This document shows positions 1-13,273 of a stretch of DNA of 64,000 nucleotides, in pieces. Numbering within the stretch: the stretch's first letter is position 1; every line of letters begins with the position of its first letter. The notes beneath the pieces were generated by a model. That model was not told the origin of the DNA. It saw only the letters and a list, made by a program, of their open reading frames with translations, and ran no database searches. Position numbers and translations under genes: made by a program. Source of the DNA: Styela clava (Eukaryota); contig NC_135264.1 of the NCBI RefSeq assembly GCF_964204865.1, positions 10,230,001 through 10,294,000 of the forward strand, read 5' to 3'.

Positions 1-1372
1 GAAGTGCAAAAGGTACAGGCCTGGGAGGGAAGAATTTAGGTATGGCGCCCTTTTTCAAAACCAGTTTAGCTTTTGTCCCTTTTATACAGCCTACGTCATC
101 AGAAAATACATCACTGTACTTTTTTAACAAATATTTCAATCGAGTTTTGGTTTCGGGGGAACAGACTGGTTCTGTTGCCTCACGTATATTGAAAATCGTT
201 CTCCAGTCCAATTGAATTTGATGTAACCAATCACGCCCAAACAAACTAGGACCGTTTGTGCTTGCCACGTACAATCTGGATTTACAACTTTGGCCATTAA
301 TTTCTATATTGACTTTAAGGACACCCAATGGATATATCTTTTCCCCGGAATAAGTCTTCAAGCAAATTTTTGTATTATTCAAACGAATATGAGACAAATG
401 TGAATCGTAAACATTTTTAGAAATGATAGACACAGCCGATCCGGTATCTAGTTCCATTCTTAGTGTTTTCCCACTGATAATCGGAAAAAGCCAAATTGCA
501 CCATTTTTGTTTCTAAGTACGCTATTTATACGTAAATTACCAACCTCTATAGACGACGAATCCGACGAATTCTCCAAGTTTGGACTATCACTGCTGTCGT
601 TCTCCATAACATTTGCACTTCGTGCTTTATCATTATCGCGTCTGTCATTCCCCGTCCTTTCTCTGGACAGCACTGGCTTACGTCGTGTGCAAACCTGTTG
701 AATATGACCTCGGCGGCCGCAGTTAAAACACTGGAAGTTTTTATAACGACAATTTTTGAAATCGTGTGCAGTTTTACCACAGTGCTTACATTTTAAGGTA
801 TTAAACCGTTGCTTTCTAGAAAAATATTGCTCCTTCACCATTGGCATAACACTGCCACTTGATATTTCGGCCACATCCTTGTTGGCCAATTCCATTGACG
901 TTGCAATTTGAAATGCCCTTTGAAGATCTAATTTTTCCCCATCTTTTGCCATTAACCTTTTTCTAGTAGCCTCATCGAGTATACCAAAGATTAATCGATC
1001 GCGTATGAAATCATCCCTCAATGGACCGAATTTACACCCCTCAGACAATTTTCTTAGCTCTGCTGCATATTCACGAACCCCCTCAGAAAACTTCTGATCT
1101 CTTCTGTGAAATGCGAACCTTTCTACAAAAACGGAACGTTTCGGTTTTAAATGATCTTGCAAGGTTTTCTTTATAACATCATATGTTTTGGAACTAGGCA
1201 AGTCGGGTGCCAAAAGATTGTGAAGTATTTGGTAGGTTTTAGTAGGCAAGTTTGCAATTAACGTTGGTACCTTTTTCTCATCGGCCATATCATTTGCAAT
1301 AAAATACTGTTCTAATTGCTCACAATAAAGTGGCCAATCACTCCCATCATATTGGATCATATTCTTAGCCAT
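1..1372 (-). CDS. Gag-Pol polyprotein (5' part) of a Ty3/Gypsy Mag-like (K02A2.6-like) LTR retrotransposon; ORF continues off the window start
   Basis: ATG at 1372; frame open to the window edge. Translation includes MAKNMIQYDGSDWPLYCEQLEQYFIAND...ERFAFHRRDQ...IRDRLIFGI (gag), two CCHC knuckles (CKHCGKTAHDFKNC, CFNCGRRGHIQQVC), an aspartic protease (MELDTGSAVSII...SLFGRDWL) and pre-RT PKFFPPRPVPFAL. Confidence 0.92.
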   Translation of the reverse strand, partial: MAKNMIQYDGSDWPLYCEQLEQYFIANDMADEKKVPTLIANLPTKTYQILHNLLAPDLPSSKTYDVIKKTLQDHLKPKRSVFVERFAFHRRDQKFSEGVREYAAELRKLSEGCKFGPLRDDFIRDRLIFGILDEATRKRLMAKDGEKLDLQRAFQIATSMELANKDVAEISSGSVMPMVKEQYFSRKQRFNTLKCKHCGKTAHDFKNCRYKNFQCFNCGRRGHIQQVCTRRKPVLSRERTGNDRRDNDKARSANVMENDSSDSPNLENSSDSSSIEVGNLRINSVLRNKNGAIWLFPIISGKTLRMELDTGSAVSIISKNVYDSHLSHIRLNNTKICLKTYSGEKIYPLGVLKVNIEINGQSCKSRLYVASTNGPSLFGRDWLHQIQLDWRTIFNIREATEPVCSPETKTRLKYLLKKYSDVFSDDVGCIKGTKAKLVLKKGAIPKFFPPRPVPFAL

Positions 1373-1408
1373 TTCTTTGATTTACAGGGAATTTGTTGCG
1401 CGGTCCCG

Positions 1409-1484
1409 CATATAAACAATAACAGTGTCTCACCAACGTCTTTGCACATATAAACAATAACAGTGTCTCACCAACGTCTTTGCA
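1409..1484. repeat. Perfect 38-bp tandem duplication in the retroelement leader
   Basis: catataaacaataacagtgtctcaccaacgtctttgca occurs at 1409-1446 and 1447-1484. Confidence 0.95.
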
Positions 1485-1519
1485 ATCGCTCTAAATTTAC
1501 GATTCATCAACCTGTGTGT

Positions 1520-1537
1520 ATCCCATCTTCGTCGCCA
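1520..1537 (-). promoter_or_regulatory. Primer binding site complementary to the tRNA-Ser(GCU) 3' end
   Basis: Minus strand TGGCGACGAAGATGGGAT. The plus strand ATCCCATCTTCGTCGCCA matches the conserved tRNA-Ser 3' end ATCCCATCCTCGTCGCCA (from memory) with 1 mismatch. Confidence 0.8.
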
Positions 1538-1540
1538 GTT

Positions 1541-1717
1541 TGTTGTGTTCTTAAGTCCATTTTATTTGTCAGAAATACACGAGTATAGACGTTGTAGCAA
1601 CACCCTTTATTGACCAACTCAACCCATCGACTGCCCGGGAACTCCGGCCAAGGACATAACGTGTTAAGTAAATCGCATGAGCAGTCATGCGATTTATGAC
1701 GTAATAAATACACCACA
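1541..1717 (-). mobile_element. 5' LTR (~177 bp) of the Gypsy/Mag element
   Basis: On the minus strand it begins TGTGGTGTAT (1717) and ends AACACAACA (1541), i.e. TG...CA with imperfect terminal inverted repeats. The PBS follows after a 3-nt spacer. Confidence 0.75.
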
Positions 1718-4200
1718 ATTTATATTACTAATGTTTAATCCGTGGGAATGACTATATTTTATTCGTTTCATTTTCAACCGCATTGGAAATTTTGTGGCAA
1801 TAGTTTTGAAATTGTATATAGAAGTTGTATAGATATCTTTAGAGCGAAGTCACGTTTTTGTTGGTCGTATTTTTTTTCTACAAAAAAACAGGATGTTTTG
1901 ACACCGCGTGATTGTAACTCAGAAGAATTTGTTCTGAGATGAAAAATTTTAATCCTTGGGTGCTATTTATGGAAGTGAGATGTAACTTTTGCGCTCAAAA
2001 CTAGATTAGATATTATTTGACGATGATTCGAGATAATTGGTCTATATAGTATACTCTTAGAAACTCCTTATTCAAAGCCTTGTGATATGAAAAGTGGTCA
2101 ACTGGATAAATGCGTTTTAGGATACCACCAGCACCATTGCGTTTGCACGAAACTCCTTACGAGCCTAACCTATTTTCTCTTTTTTATTGAAAGTAAAAGA
2201 AACATATGAATGTTGAACCGTCCTTCTCACTTCTTTCCACTGTTTTAACATTGGATATAAATGTAACTGAATTACTCTTATTTTTTTTTTATGAAAATAG
2301 GAGATTTTAGACACAATTTTTGATATGCCTACAAAATGAACAAACCAAACTGAAATATTACGGAATTTGTGGCCATTTTCAAACTCCAGACCTACGATGG
2401 ATTTATTTATGTTTATATTCGAATACTAGGGTATTTGAAATTCTTCTCTACAACCGAAGTCCAATTTGAGTATTCCAAACTGGTGCGGTAATAATAATGG
2501 TTCTAAAATATGCCAAACTTTGCAGCGAACTTCATTAAAATTAACTTTATTCGAAATTCTGCAGTAGAAACATTTTTCACAACAAATAACAGTAAAATTT
2601 GATTGCCTTTTTGAATGTATTTTATTCCGAAAATTACTGAATTATTACTGAACTGAATTATCAGAGCAGCCATATAGCAGTATCTCAAGTAGGGCTGTGG
2701 AGCCGAAAGGATTATATGTTTAAAAGTTTATTCCAAAATTTTAAACCAGTTTATCAGTTTTTAGTCCCACATCTACAAACCTGCATCCCGGATGGTGTTT
2801 CATGTTTGTGGTCAAGCTCGAAAACCGCAATGGCTATTGAATATAATGTCCTTTCGAACCTGATCCCCAGCCTGATCGTCAAGGTAATGTGGCGGTTTTT
2901 GTTTGTTCCAATTCGAGATTGATTATCCTTCTCACATGGAGTTTGCTCCAATTGAAAATTTGAAAGATGTCGTATTATCCATCTGTTAGAAAGAATCAAT
3001 TTGATAAGATAAGTGACGTGTGCTGCGAAGTGTCTGACCCAGCGGCCTAATTAGATGTACAAATACATGCGAGTATATTCACAAAAGTTGAACTTAAACG
3101 AACATTGCTTACAATTACTAAAATATGGAGACCAACCGTATATAAATATTGCAGAAGTATTTGATTCATTTAGTGCTAATTACGTCGACTAATCTAAAAA
3201 TGTTGTACAATTATTTGTCTTCGCTAGAATCTGAATTTGGAATGAGTACATGAATAAAACAATAGTACAATCCTAAAATAATGAACTTGAAGGTTGAATA
3301 TCTAAACTTAGTTCCCATCCATAAAAAAAAACAGCAAAATTTTGAATGAAATATCAGGCGCTGTACGACTCAGAAAAATTGAAACATGATAAAAATAATA
3401 GGCCCCCGGCGTCTTTTTCTATATTTAGGTACTGAAAAATTGAAAATTTGCGTATACCTTTTCCCAAAAACAACAATCTCAAACAAAACAAAAAACAAAT
3501 GAGAACGTGTGCTTATTAATATATTTGTTTGAGTTATAAATTTTTTAGTTGAGGAAATAAATCTGGCACATATCGAGTTCAGTCATATTTACCGTGTTCT
3601 AATAAAACTGAAAATATATCAACAGATGGCCTATTCGCTTTGTAGGTGTACATAAGTATTTATTGCTCTTAGCACTAAGCAAACAATCTTCATCAAATTA
3701 TTACTCAGAGCGTTAATATTGCACAAAAGTGGTGTAAAACACTTCCTATCATTTCACAAGCACGTATTGTGAATCTCCTAACTGTGATTTTAACTGTTGA
3801 TGCATTTGAGTTTACAGCTCAATTCGATTTTATGGAAATGAAAACAAAATTGAGTCGTGGCTTATTAGTATTAAGTCATGGGACGTTGTGATACAGAAAA
3901 GTTCCGATGTTTCTATAATCACAAATGATTAAAATGGATATATCCGGATTGCGATATTTATTGATTGATATTTTACGTGAAAAACTGCTCTTCTATCTGA
4001 CTGTTGGATCAAAAACTTTCAATAGAAGGCTGTCTATTTTAGTTGTTCTTTGAGCTTCTCGGGCGGTTGTTTTACTAAAAATTATACTGATTATCTCCAG
4101 TATATTTACCGAAGATGGAAATTGCAAGCTTGTTTGAATTTATTGGTGTATGTTAACATTTTCCGTAACGTATCTTTGTATTCATATATTTGCTCATTGG

Positions 4201-4451
4201 TTTATTGGACACGTTTAGTGGACATAACGATCGTTTCAATATTATGTTGTTATTGTTAAAATTTGTCTCCATCATTTTTAAAAAATCGCTTTTCTCTTCG
4301 AATACTGGACCAATTGCTTTGAATTTTTCAGTGGTTAAAGATAAAATTTTTCTCCAGAAGGCTATTACTTTTTTTTTTGCAATGACGTCATCAAAATTAT
4401 TGCCATTGGGTGGCGCTACGTGTCTATATATTTGAGCATAGCTCTCTTGTT
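4201..4451 (+). mobile_element. Non-autonomous Helentron-like (HINE) element, family 1
   Basis: Starts ttattggacacgt, has a subterminal inverted copy acgtgtct near the 3' end, a 3' hairpin gagcatagctc and a ttgtt terminus. Shares the core aatcgcttttctcttcgaatactggaccaattgcttt with copies at 5261 and 28545. Confidence 0.55.
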
Positions 4452-5260
4452 TATTGAACAGGACGTGGACCAATGAATCGTTTTGTTATTACGTTGTTGT
4501 TGTTGATATTCCTCGTCTTGTTTCTGTTAAACAATCACTTTTCATTTTAACCACTGAACCAATTACTTTTAAAAAAAATATTCAGTGGTTAATAATTGTT
4601 GTAGTCACAAGAATGTCATTACTTTTATTTATTTCAATATTTCTGTGGGCTCTATGGAATCTTTTTTGTGCGATAACGTCATCAAAATTGAATATTGCGC
4701 ACCGTGTGGCTGACCCACGTTTGCATCTCAGCAATTCTCGTCTTTGATTTATTTATAAATCAATCATGTGATTTTAAATAAACGAAACAAAATGAATTTA
4801 TAAGTTAGCAATATCAAGTCATGTAGCGCTTCCTAACATTTTCCAAATAACAACCGATATTACTATTACTAATTATTGTTAATACTTTACAAAAATAATT
4901 CCGCGCTCGGGGTCTTTATAAATTGAAATGGCTGTAAACTAAACGTCCATATTTCTCTAATAAACAATTTCACTATGGTGTGTTTCCGCAATTTCTCCTC
5001 TTTTTGAAATAATTTGCAGTTTTCAACCCAGAATGTTGTATCTTTATACTATATTTTAAATGAAGAAATAGTTTGATAATATTCTCCGAAACCACCACAA
5101 TTGTTGACTACAATAAATGTTTATAGTTTGGAATTAGTTTCCCGAAATTAGGTAAAATTAGGAAAACGGTAAAATGCCAATGAAGCGATGAACTATCTCA
5201 CAGTGTTATTGCTCGATTTTTATTGTTTTGGTACATTATAACGTGCACTACCAAAGATTG

Positions 5261-5674
5261 TTATTGGACACGTAGTGGACATAGCGATCGTTTCAATATT
5301 ATGTTGTTGTTCTTGTTCTTGTTATTATTATTCTCATTCGTCACGATGAAATCGCTTTTCTCTTCGAATACTGGACCAATTGCTTTGAAAATTTCAGTAG
5401 TTGAAGATTGATTTTTTTGCCAGAAGGCTATTGCTCTATTTATTTCAAAAATTTCTGTGAACTTTAAGAGATTCGTTTTTTGAGTGCGAAGATATGATCA
5501 GACTAAAAAATAGCGTGGCGATTCCGGACAGCTGAAAGGCGAACATAATTCTCGCTTCGCTACGATTTGTTTGTGGGGAACGGTGAACTGCGCGGTACAG
5601 GTAACTGGTGTTATAGTATGGTGTGACTCGGATCGCTTGTGTTACTACATTTATGAGTTAGACGTGTCCTTGTT
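5261..5674 (+). mobile_element. HINE-like element, family 1 (longer copy)
   Basis: Same 5' end and core as 4201-4451, with a (TTG/TTC)n tract. The 3' half is the reverse complement of 28560-28800. Confidence 0.55.
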
Positions 5675-7541
5675 CTTAGAATTAACCCATGAGACAGATG
5701 ATGGGTAAAAATCATCACGGACTGCGTACTTATATGTATTCTACGTAAAAGCGATCAATGGGTCTACTGAATTTTTTATTATTATAATTTCTGCTAGTGC
5801 GACTTTTAGAAGTGATTTTAATAAATTTGAATATCCTTATGTTTATTTTAAAATTACTCAATAAATAAACAAAAAACGCCATTTTGTATTGCGGAACGTC
5901 ATGTGACTTAATGCCCATAACATAAGACGCGTGGCGTTCATATTTTATCAAAAATTGTCAAGGTTATGAAAGGTGAATGATTCATTTTGCATTCACAAAT
6001 CTAAAATTTTATTTGTAGATTCAGTAATGACATGAATCACTTTTGTGTTTTAAAACTCAAATTTCCATTGGAAGCATTTGAATAAAATTTTTGTTGGAAG
6101 TGTTTGTTTCTAGAAATATAATATATGTACCTAAAGAAAATTTCGAAGCTTGTTTTTATATTTATTTATCGCAAATTAAATATTTTGAATTAACTAGGAT
6201 TAACTATATTATATATTTATATTCTCCATATCATCAATTTAAACTCCTTCCATAAGTCGAACCACATTTACTTGTTTCAATATACGATCCTATTCCTAAC
6301 CTGGTTTATTCTTGAAAAGAGACCACACAGAATGATTCACATGTGTTCACATATATTTCAACGTGTAGTTTAGAAATAAATAAATAAGACAATTAATTTG
6401 AGGGTTGGCTTTTGCTATGGACAATTCTATTTCTTTTTGTATCTTCTTGGAATATTCAATCACAGTCCAACACATTTGCATTCTTCAGCCTGAAATAAAA
6501 CAAGTATATTTTGGTAGTATATTTTATACCAGATTTTTCAGAGAAATTTTATTTAATTCCAATATGCTCCGGAGTACAATAACTCCACAACAGGCCAAAT
6601 ACATCAAATAAAAACTGATTTGTAATAAAAACATTGCGTACAGGAATATCGGTCTTGTCCGTTTGTATAATGTTTACAGGAGTATCAAATTTAAGAAAAC
6701 ACCACACCTCAACTTCGACCTCCAAATATGCAAGTTTTATCGGTTTCTTTATAACAATCATCCACAGTTTTCTTTTTGATCCAGTTTTGGAACGGTATGA
6801 CAAATCTTGCTACATAAGAATTCTCCTTGGCATCTTTCGTGTTCATATCTGAAATTATTCAACAGACGTTACCAGGTTATTATAGCAGAAAAAGAAATAT
6901 ATATTTAATCAAAATTTGTAAACACTTTTCCACTATGAAATGTGAATTTCCCTGCTTATTGAGACTTACTTGCACTTGTTTGATGGTGCGTATTGGTTGA
7001 ATATGCCCTGATATACATCGAGTGTGTAGACTGAACATCCAAACCATGGGTGGCAACAAGTATATTCTCTTGTTTTTGGCATGACTGGGAAAGAAGCGTT
7101 GTCACATTTGTTTCTGATCTCCAAATTTTTACAACCATGAAATCCAGGCCTGCAGAAACAAAACATAGCTTTATAAAAACACAAAAATATTGAAAATAAT
7201 AGGGTGGAATTATCTTTCATTCATAAGTTTATGTGTAATTATTCGAAAGATGTTTTGATATAACAATATAGTGCCGGACATGTTACCATAAACCATTCCT
7301 GAAAATTCCTACTGGGGTGCGAGCTTAGTGCAGTGTATACTTACTTAGTGCAAAGAGATGATTTTGATTCATTTTCCATTTTTGATGCTGCTATGCGGAA
7401 TGGTGCTCCGCGTATTCTTGTCAACTCTTCTGGAGTCTAAATGTGTTCATATAATTGTATTCGGAGAACTTTTCTGGTTAAACAGATTTTTGTGTGATAT
7501 AAATTTGTGATAAACTACATTACTGAAGTCCACATACCCTT

Positions 7542-8499
7542 CGGTTTTTTCTTTTCTTTTTATTAATAAAAACATCACATTATATAGATACAATATCACA
7601 TAATACATTTATATAAACACAATACTAATTGCAATTCAAAAAAACGAGCACATAATAGTTTTCCACTTCTTCTTATGGATTGACAGTTTACCATTTTTAG
7701 TTTCAATAATCTTCACAGTTTATAGCATTTTTTATCATATATAAAAATTGGCAAAATTGAAGCCTTTCATTACGCAGTTTACATTTGTATATAAAATATC
7801 TGGCACACAATAAAAGACAATTTATACACTGGTTTTGCCCTACCCCCAATAACATTTCTCTGTGTCAAATTAAGGTTTAATCCATACTCAACGGTTAGCC
7901 AAGCGTTAACTATTTCCCAAAATTGCTGCATAAAATCACAGAGATAAAATAAATGTAACACAGTTTCAACTTGCATATTACAAAATGTACATTTTGGACT
8001 TTGTGTTTTATTTTTTCTATATAGCAGGTCATTAGTGGGCACTGCTCGCAAAGCAAATTTGACATGGAGTGAACGAAGTCTGGATTCAATAGAGCAAGAA
8101 AAAACTTTTTCATACAATGTCAACCAATTATCTAAGTTCCTGCACAATTCTTTTGACTATTTTTCTATTTTTTCAATTGGCTGCAAAATTTTTACATTAC
8201 AAAGCTTATCATATATGTAACGAGAGGTTTTTTTAATGCTTCTAATATCTTCGATCAGACTAAGATGCGGATTGACTTGTGAAGTTTTTGATAATTCAGT
8301 TTTCCAATCCTGGGATTGACATGATATAATTTTTAAATACGCTAGCATGTCGTCATAAAAACTAGAAAAACAATGATGATGAAAAATATACGGAAATATT
8401 GCAATTTGCTGTTTAGAATCACAAATATCTTCAACGAATCAAATATTTTTACTATTCCAATTATTCATATATAAAAGTTTTCCTTGACAAGATATATGG
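7542..8499 (-). mobile_element. 5'-truncated L1/Tx1-type non-LTR retrotransposon (3' end, zf-RVT region)
   Basis: ORF 7779-8147 reads ...RSLHVKFALRAVPTNDLLYR...SPKCTFCNMQVETVLHLFYLC..FW (CCHC zf-RVT motif). A-rich tail at ~7545-7567 on the minus strand. Flanked by the 10-bp TSD acataccctt at 7532-7541 and 8546-8555. Confidence 0.85.
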
Positions 8500-8605
8500 T
8501 CTACAGCAAAGACCTGCCGCCACAAGCTCTCGGGGACTTGACAGAACATACCCTTTAGCTCTGTCAAGTCCCCGAGAGCTTGTGGTGGCAGGTCTTTGCT
8601 GTAGA
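8500..8605. repeat. 46-bp inverted repeat (hairpin) with 14-nt loop
   Basis: Arms 8500-8545 and 8560-8605 are reverse complements with a single G/T mismatch. The right arm is exon-1 coding sequence of paralog A. Confidence 0.95.
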
Positions 8606-8894
8606 TCATGTTCAAGTTCAACACAAAAAAAATAACGAGAAAGAACACTTTGGCCATTTTTTTTTGACTTTGTGTTATACGAGTACTTTTCAACTTTCTT
8701 TATTGTAGTCGTCAGATGAAAATATGAATGATTGCACTTACGCCACCGTAATTATATTCAATTTCACCCCTGATATTTTCAGTTATTTTTTATACACGAA
8801 AACATTACCTAATTCCCATAGAGCGAGTAAGTAGTAATTATATATAGCAAGTAGTGAATAGATTTATGCAATATAGTCAAATAATCAAAAAAGA

Positions 8895-9315
8895 GAGGCT
8901 GATGGAAGGTCGCGTCAGGCGTACTGGCGAGGGCAGCTCCTCTGATTTTTTTTTTTTTATATATATATATAATGTATAGTTCATTTCATTCGTACACAGT
9001 GAGGATTGACATATTGAGTATTTAGTAAGTAATGTTCATATTTTTTATCGCTGCTGTATATATTCAATTCGTACATATTCATATTATATTCATATAGGTA
9101 GTATTAATGGTGTAGCCCGACGCGAACGGACAGCCTCGAGAAGCTGGTTTGTTAGGATTGGTTTTATACAGTACAATATCCAGTAACCTCATGAGTATGG
9201 TGGCTTTAAATATTATTGTAATTGAGAGGTGTGTCTAAGGTATGAAAGTGAACTCAGTAAAGCATAGTCGTTTTAATGAACAATACCCATTTAAACCTAT
9301 TGTCATTATGTGATG
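8895..9315 (+). repeat. Dispersed repeat, copy 1 (unclassified)
   Basis: Shares gaggctga...cgtcaggcgtact, ggtgtagcccgacg...cggacagcctcgagaa and tacaatatccagtaacct with 12287-12700. Confidence 0.7.
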
Positions 9316-10999
9316 GAACACAGTACACAGTGAAACAGCCATAATAGAAGAAACGGGTTGCTAAACTCGCCCTCAAATAGGACCCTCGACCATCTATCCA
9401 TAATTCTCATATTTGCAAGGTTTTTATCTAAAAGTAATACACTCGTTTCTCAAACATGTGAATTTCAATTTTGGTATTTATTATTTACACATTAGGCGGA
9501 GACCGGGAGAAAGACTTCAATCCTTGCGAGCACAAAAATAGAATGTTTCAAACTGCTCGATTTAATTTTATATGTCTTTATCTTTATCAGCCACTAAAAT
9601 TGGCGGAGCTAGTTCAATCTCAGCTAATTTTAACATTGTCATAGTTTTTGTCATGCTTGATCATAGTATCTAATGTATCAAAAATACTTCTGGGTAGAGT
9701 CATGTATATTTTTAAGGTGTAGTCTTGAGTATGTTTTTGAATCTTATATAAAGTGAAGCAGAGATTGTTGTCATATAAGTTATATCGTTTGATCATAACT
9801 GGTCTTGGAAAATTGAGTAAATATAATACGTTTTGACAAAATTCCCATCATAGTTATTAATTACCCTCAAACTAGTAGGAGAAAACTTCAAGAAGTCAAT
9901 CCAGTGACTAAGAAGAAACGCAATGTGCGTGAAGAAAGTATCAATTTTCATGCAAAATGGGAATTGCAGAATTTCTGCATTGGTCAAAATTCTAAAGCAC
10001 ACTCTTCAATTGATAGATTGATACAGATAGATTCAAGTAAATTGGGGTTATGCTGTATTTTCCTTCATTTTGAATCTATGTGTTAAAATTATGTCATTTT
10101 TTAAGCATATTTTTCATTTTTTTGTTCGTAATTGTTCTGGATAATTGAACATACTGATTAATGAGTTAATTGATGATAATAAATACAGTGGTTTGACCTG
10201 ATAATAAAATGCAAGAAATTTGCATGTGAATGCCATTGGTATTTAAAAAAAATAACAACACCTCGTCCAGCTCATAAATTCACGTCGCAATATATATTGC
10301 AAACTCCCCCTAACAAAATATACCATATCGCATTGCGAGCGCGTTTTAGAGGTTCAACACAAGATTTTCAACAAGATGGCGTTCATGAGTAGTTTGAGCC
10401 AATGAAGTAATATTACTCAATACAAATAACATACGACACTACGCCTGCCTTTCTTATTTTTGAGCAATAGTATGATGATAACATTCCAGCACTCAAAATT
10501 CCAAATTCCCAATGCTCTAAAATTAAAGTTAATATAATCAAATATGTGATTCCTTTTACGTTTCCAATTTTAAAATTTATTCCTAGTTTCATCCAAATAC
10601 TGAATTATTTTGCGTTTTTGTGATTATTTTAAAAGAAGCACAGGTAATAATGAATGAGCAATACAATATTTCAATTTTTACGTTTTTTGTGCGATATAAT
10701 TTGAATATTGCTTTAACTCACAATGCCGCTTGACAATATGTAGTCTTCTTTTGCGATCACTTTTTATGGTGGCTATTGGCAAGTGTGCTCGGGTAGACAG
10801 CTAAAGCCTTACTGTACCTTTATTCATGCGCGGCTTTCGTGCCCAGATGTTGAACATTGCTCATGCCAATGAAGATTCTTCAGATTAGTATTTATGTAAT
10901 ATTTGAATGCTTCATGCAACCAACATTATTTAAACCGTAATATTTAATTATATTTAAACACTATACTTATATTAATATTGACTCTTGGGTTTGAATGTA

Positions 11000-11900
11000 A
11001 TGCAACAGTACGACTTAACCGGAATACCGGTAGGTGCTCGCCACTTATACAGTCTGATAATACTGTAATAATTAGTTCAGAAGATCCAGTGTGCTGCAAA
11101 GACACACAAATAGGTTCGAAGTTCACGATGCAAACGAAGAGACTTTATTAAAATGGTGTAAAACCCACTCTTGAGGCAGATAAAATAAGAGCGACAAAAT
11201 ACGGTAATCATCCAGCGACAGCAGAAGCAAGAAGAGACTGACACTGTGAATCCGCAGCACAGTTCACATATGCAGTGGTGGTTGGAGTCGAGTAACTGGA
11301 TCTAACTGTCGGACGAATTAGGGATCAGTCTCCACACACCAATGCATATGCAATAACTAGACACGAAATATAAATAAAATACAAAACAATAAAAAAATAG
11401 GACAATTCCAGTCCCGCCACAGTAAACTTACGGAACCCTTGGCATGTGCGCTACTGCCTGAATCCTACAGGAATCCAGATAGAAATCACTGCTGTGTTAT
11501 ATTCTATAATTATATAAATATCATTAATATTCTTCCGTCATAGTTATGTGCAATGCCCCCATTCCACAAATGAGGGGACCGGTACGTCTGGTATTTTATA
11601 TGGAGAAACAATTATCATTGAGCTGTTACTAATTCCAGTAAGTTAAGGGTACAGTCAGAACCGCTCTCCCTTAATTATAATTTATTCCGTATACATTTGT
11701 GGTGCTGTTATCATATAGCACTTATTGCTTTTCTCATAACAACACACATGGCGGTGATTATTTGTTGGTCATGTGGAATTAATAGAGACAACATTTTGTC
11801 CCTATTATTAAGGATTTCCAAATCCTTTGTAAATTTTTCCAATTGAATCAGCTGGAGGATTTTGGAATTTCGATCAATGGATGGGAAAAAGTTAGGACTG
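11000..11900 (-). mobile_element. Possible highly decayed LINE APE-endonuclease relic
   Basis: Minus-strand fragments MIIVSPYKIPD and VLSDCISGEHLPVF resemble the IIVGVIYRPP and ISDHLPVF motifs of CR1/L2 endonucleases. No continuous ORF. Confidence 0.3.
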
Positions 11901-12286
11901 ACGCAATGCCAAGATGTTTCTAGCCCCTAGTCAAGTAAACCTTCTGTTTACTGGTTTAATATTCCCCAAACTCGTAGAACTCAAAACGCTAACTACGGGC
12001 CAAATGTGAAAACTGAAGTAAACTATAATTTTTACCTCTTGTAGGAAATTTATTTCACCTTATTGTTTGTTTACTTTGAATCAAGGTATCACAATTGACT
12101 CAGATCCAGGTACGTGGACTCACTCGGATTCTCATCATGAAGTTCGGTTAATTATAACAGGATGAATTTGTTCTGACTCCATGTTGATTTTTAGGGTGAC
12201 AACTGGCAATGCTCTAACAACGTTTTTAAAAAAAGATTACACCAAATAGCAAAGGGAGTGGGGCGGTTTGGGGTGGGGGATAGGGG

Positions 12287-12700
12287 AGGAGGCTGACTGA
12301 GGGTCACGTCAGGCGTACTACCGACTGTTTTGCGCAATCTTTTTCTTTTCGAAGACAGCCTGCTTCATTTCCCATGCATTTTTCGTGTATCGTCAGATCA
12401 TATATAGTTCAATTCATTCGTACATAGATTTGATTGGCATACAAGTAGAGTTTGTAGTAATTATTGAGAAGGGTTCATATGTTCATCGCAGCTTGTATTC
12501 ATGATTTCGTACATAGTCACACGTGATTATCGAAGGTATTTTGTAAGGTGTAGCCCGACGAGGACGGACAGCCTCGAGAAACTGGCTTGTAGGGATTGGT
12601 TTTATACATTACAATATCCAGTAACCTAATGTGTGTGGTGGCTTTGAATATTATCGTAAATGAGAGGTGTGTCAAAGGTGTGAAAGTGAATTCAATAACG
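12287..12700 (+). repeat. Dispersed repeat, copy 2 (unclassified)
   Basis: Direct homolog of 8895-9315. Confidence 0.7.
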
Positions 12701-13273
12701 CAGAAGCATTTCGACAAACAGGACCTATACGATATATCCATTGTCATGTGGCGACGCGATGGGTACACATTACACTGTAACACGGTCAGACCAGACGTCA
12801 CGTATACCATATAAAAACCAGTGTGAGATTTTATACATAGAGAATAGAGACTCGTGTCATAGTTTTTTCGGTGTAAAAAAACTAATCCAAGAAAATAATT
12901 TCAATCAAGAAAATAGTTTAGCATAGGGCAAATTTATAAAATTTCATCCCAAATTGCTCAGAACAATAGGCCAGTATTTCAGAGCTCTAATGCTCTAGCA
13001 TCAATTAAAAACTTTTGACAAGAAGAATACCGGTATATCTCGTCAACCGTGTTAGCGACATGATTTTATGAATCTACTGACAAAAAAGCCGCTGGTACTG
13101 ACAATTGTTACAAATACTGACGTGCCGAAAAGTTGTGTTTCAGTTTCTAACAGACCCTATGACCCGCCCTGATCAACAAACTGATATTTTGTATGCATTG
13201 ATAATTTGATATATCTTTTCAACAATAGGAAATTACAACATCATCTTTAGGATTTCGTTGTAGCTTTCGTCTG

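Larger units (their letters stand above)
6460..8657 (-). pseudogene. Spaetzle/neurotrophin-like cystine-knot gene, paralog A (probable pseudogene)
   Basis: Five exons homologous to the intact gene at 21019: 8657-8552 (MAKVFFLVIFFVLNLNMIYSKDLPPQALGDLTELK), ~7436-7345 (TPEELTRIRG...SLCT), ~7149-6970 (PGFHGCKN...FNQYAPSNKCK), ~6848-6708 and 6489-6460 (AEECKCVGL*). Exon 1 ends in phase 1 while exon 2 needs phase 0, exon 4 has a frameshift, and a LINE is inserted at donor 1. Confidence 0.8.

Noticed and set aside
423-780. ORF-track entries 423-701 (+) and 547-780 (-)
   Set aside because: Antisense or off-frame shadows of the gag-pol ORF.
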